NCBI GenBank assembly: GCA_964499685.1
Contig: CAZCLW010000008.1
Coordinates: 3,784 to 61,664, forward strand
Source of the DNA: an uncultured Planctomycetales bacterium
Lineage (GTDB): Bacteria > Omnitrophota > Gorgyraeia > Zapsychrales > GWA2-47-8
DNA: 57,881 nt
Direction of reading: 5' to 3'
Positions 55,781 to 57,881 of the stretch are shown here, one piece after another. The position numbers and the translations under genes are program-made. The notes beneath the pieces were generated by a model, which saw nothing but the letters and a program-made list of their open reading frames with translations, was not told where the DNA came from and did not search any database. Numbering within the stretch: position 1 is the first letter of the stretch; the number at the start of each line of letters is the position of its first letter.

Positions 55781-57154
55781 TTAGAGGTTGTCCACCGCTT
55801 CTTTGACGGTCTGAACGCCGACGACCGCAATTTTCTGCTGCTGAAGGTTTTGCTGGATATTAATGTTGTTTTTGGGGATGATGCATCTTTTGAACCCCAG
55901 CCGTTCGGCCTCGATGATACGCGGCATAATCTGGCTCACACTCCTTACTTCCGCCGAGAGCCCTACCTCGCCTAAAAAGACCGTATCGGCCGGAACGGTC
56001 CGGTCGAGCAAGGCCGAGGCAACCGCCACGATCACAGCCAGGTCCGCCGCCGGGTCCACGATCCGTATCCCTCCGACGACGTTCAGAAAAATATCCTTGT
56101 CCATTAAATTCAGATTCAAACGCTTTTCCAGGACCGCGACCAAAAGCGCCAGGCGGTTGGCATCGAAGCCCTGTGCCTTGTGGCGGACCACGCCGAAACT
56201 CGAACGGCTCACCAATCCCTGGATCTCAACGAGCAAAGGCCGCGTTCCCTCGATGATAGGAACAACGACTGAACCCGATGATTGCTGCGGACGTTCTGCC
56301 AGAAAGATCTTCGATGGATTGGACACTTCAGCCAGCCCGGCGGAGGTCATTTCGAAGACGCCTATTTCATTGGTCGAACCGAAGCGGTTCTTGGTCGTGC
56401 GCAGGATCCGGTAGGTCGAAAAACGTTCACCTTCAAAATATAGGACCGTGTCGACGATATGTTCCAGAACGCGGGGGCCCGCCAGCATCCCTTCTTTGGT
56501 GACATGGCCGATCAGGAACATCGCTATCCCAAGGCTCTTTGCTTTTTGCGTCAGGAACGCGGCGCATTCGCGCACTTGACTGACACTGCCCGGACTGGAA
56601 CCGATCTCCGGATGGAAAATGACCTGGATGGAATCAACGATCACTACCTCCGGCTTAACCGAGTCGATGTAATTGGAAATGGCGCTCAGCTCCAGCTGAT
56701 TGACGATATAAAATTGTTTTTGCTTATCCTGCGTCAGGCGGTCGGCGCGCAGCTTGGCCTGCTGGACCGATTCTTCACCGCTGATATAAAGGACCTTGCG
56801 GCCGTTGTTACTCAAAGCACAACCGATCTGTAACGAAAGCGTGGATTTACCGATGCCCGGGTCGCCGCCGATCAGCGTCACAGAACCGGGAATAATGCCT
56901 CCCCCCATGACGCGGTCAAATTCCAGGATCCCTGTCGTAAAGCGCGCCTTGGCTTCGACGGACACATCGGCGAGCAGGACAGGACGTTCCTGGCTGAGGG
57001 CGGTTTTAGGCGCGGCAGCGGAACCGCCCTGCGCGGAGACGATCTCTTCGACGAGCGAATTCCAGCTTTCGCATTCGGCGCATTTACCGACCCAGCGCGG
57101 ATATTGCGCCCCGCAATTCTGGCAAATATAAACTGTTTTTGTCTTCAATGACAT
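55781..57154 (-). CDS. radA: DNA repair protein RadA/Sms
   Basis: Zn finger YICQNCGA...CAEC, Walker A GGDPGIGKSTL, KNRFG, and a C-terminal Lon-like domain. Confidence 0.93.
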   Translation of the reverse strand: MSLKTKTVYICQNCGAQYPRWVGKCAECESWNSLVEEIVSAQGGSAAAPKTALSQERPVLLADVSVEAKARFTTGILEFDRVMGGGIIPGSVTLIGGDPGIGKSTLSLQIGCALSNNGRKVLYISGEESVQQAKLRADRLTQDKQKQFYIVNQLELSAISNYIDSVKPEVVIVDSIQVIFHPEIGSSPGSVSQVRECAAFLTQKAKSLGIAMFLIGHVTKEGMLAGPRVLEHIVDTVLYFEGERFSTYRILRTTKNRFGSTNEIGVFEMTSAGLAEVSNPSKIFLAERPQQSSGSVVVPIIEGTRPLLVEIQGLVSRSSFGVVRHKAQGFDANRLALLVAVLEKRLNLNLMDKDIFLNVVGGIRIVDPAADLAVIVAVASALLDRTVPADTVFLGEVGLSAEVRSVSQIMPRIIEAERLGFKRCIIPKNNINIQQNLQQQKIAVVGVQTVKEAVDNL

Positions 57155-57158
57155 GAAT

Positions 57159-57881
57159 TTAAAAACCTATGCGGCGTTCGATCCCGAACATATCGGATGA
57201 ACCACTGCCGCTGGTCTCTCCCAATTTATCCTTCCGCATCATATATTTGACCTCGGTCGTTGCCCCGCTTTTTTCTTTTTGGATACGCTTGAGCGTCCAT
57301 TCCAGTTTTGACGGGTCCTGTGTCGCCAAGGGCGCCTTGGTCAGAGCGGTCAGCTGCTTGGGAAAGTTTTCTATGTCCTCAAGGTTCAGGCTGCCGTCAA
57401 TTGTAAAGGTAAAACCGCTGGTCTCGGTTATCATGGAATCATAAAGATTGACGATGGGATAAACACCTTCCAGATTGATCAAAATGGAATCATAGGCCAG
57501 ATCCTGCACGTGCCCGTTATAACTGGTCAATTGTCCCTGCACGGTGGGACGGTCAAGCGAGCCGCTTATCGCGATCGTGCCGGAAACAAACCCTGATGAA
57601 TCGATCCCGATGGGCTCCGTGCCGCGGTGTGTCCAAAACCACAAGAAGTCCTCCATGGGTACGTCGGTCAAATTGATCCTTACATCGACCGGAAAAGGCC
57701 GGCTAAGTCCGATCTGCCCGCCAATTTTGGCATATCCCAGCAGGAGCGATTCCAGCACGAGGATATTATCTTGAATGGTAAAAATGCCGGCCATCTCTTC
57801 GATAGGCTTGGCGTTGATAAGCGTATAACGGCTCTCGATGTGACCGGCAATGGAGCGCTTGGGTGAGTCCTTTATTTCCAC
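57159..57881 (-). CDS. Hypothetical protein, C-terminal part. The gene continues beyond the window end.
   Basis: 240 aa of an open frame reaching the window edge. Beta-rich, Gly/Ser/Thr-rich sequence. No domain recognised. Confidence 0.4.
   Translation of the reverse strand: MEIKDSPKRSIAGHIESRYTLINAKPIEEMAGIFTIQDNILVLESLLLGYAKIGGQIGLSRPFPVDVRINLTDVPMEDFLWFWTHRGTEPIGIDSSGFVSGTIAISGSLDRPTVQGQLTSYNGHVQDLAYDSILINLEGVYPIVNLYDSMITETSGFTFTIDGSLNLEDIENFPKQLTALTKAPLATQDPSKLEWTLKRIQKEKSGATTEVKYMMRKDKLGETSGSGSSDMFGIERRIGF

Noticed and set aside
1-57881. Scan for CRISPR arrays, rRNA genes, IS elements with terminal inverted repeats, and long tandem repeats
   Set aside because: I saw no regularly spaced direct repeats with unique spacers, no rRNA-like segments and no transposase ORFs. 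The only mobile element supported is the ssrA island.

Overview
This is a 57.9 kb bacterial chromosomal segment, and I cannot assign a lineage from sequence alone. Most of it is ordinary core genome.

Core content, in order:
- 1-6.4 kb: a TolC-like fragment, crcB, and a signalling cluster of one large Cache/PAS histidine kinase plus four REC proteins, one of them fused to PilZ.
- 6.5-10.7 kb: polytopic membrane proteins.
- 10.8-15.4 kb: a copper locus (MerR-type regulator, His-rich secreted protein, CopA, and a DUF326 cysteine-rich protein) with a recognisable CueR/MerR-style promoter.
- 15.5-17 kb: a PAS-GAF-GGDEF diguanylate cyclase.
- 27.1-29.6 kb: tmRNA (ssrA), smpB and tRNA-Leu(CAG).
- 29.7-35.2 kb: pyruvate dehydrogenase E1/E2/E3.
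- 35.3-57.9 kb: a long minus-strand housekeeping run including maf, pyrE, comF, lptFG, alr, tsaBE, thiL, mtnA, metG, holB, tmk, cysS, cysE, ispDF and radA.

The accessory part is a visibly AT-rich element of about 10.1 kb at 17014-27163. It is inserted into the 3' end of ssrA and bounded by a perfect 17-bp direct repeat of the tmRNA acceptor end. It carries:
- a tyrosine integrase and a serine recombinase;
- a translationally coupled HUH-Rep and exonuclease-less family A DNA polymerase module;
- an XRE regulator placed divergently from a zinc-ribbon/bPH membrane protein;
- a tightly coupled four-gene operon at 20331-23911: a Panacea/wHTH-like protein, a PD-(D/E)xK-like protein, a 450-aa protein with a CxCxxC motif (possibly TGT/DpdA-like), and a SIR2-like protein.

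This four-gene operon is the most interesting item. Its architecture does not match any SIR2-based defence system I know, so I flag it as the best candidate for an undescribed system.

All functional calls come from motif-level reading of the translated ORFs. No database searches were run.
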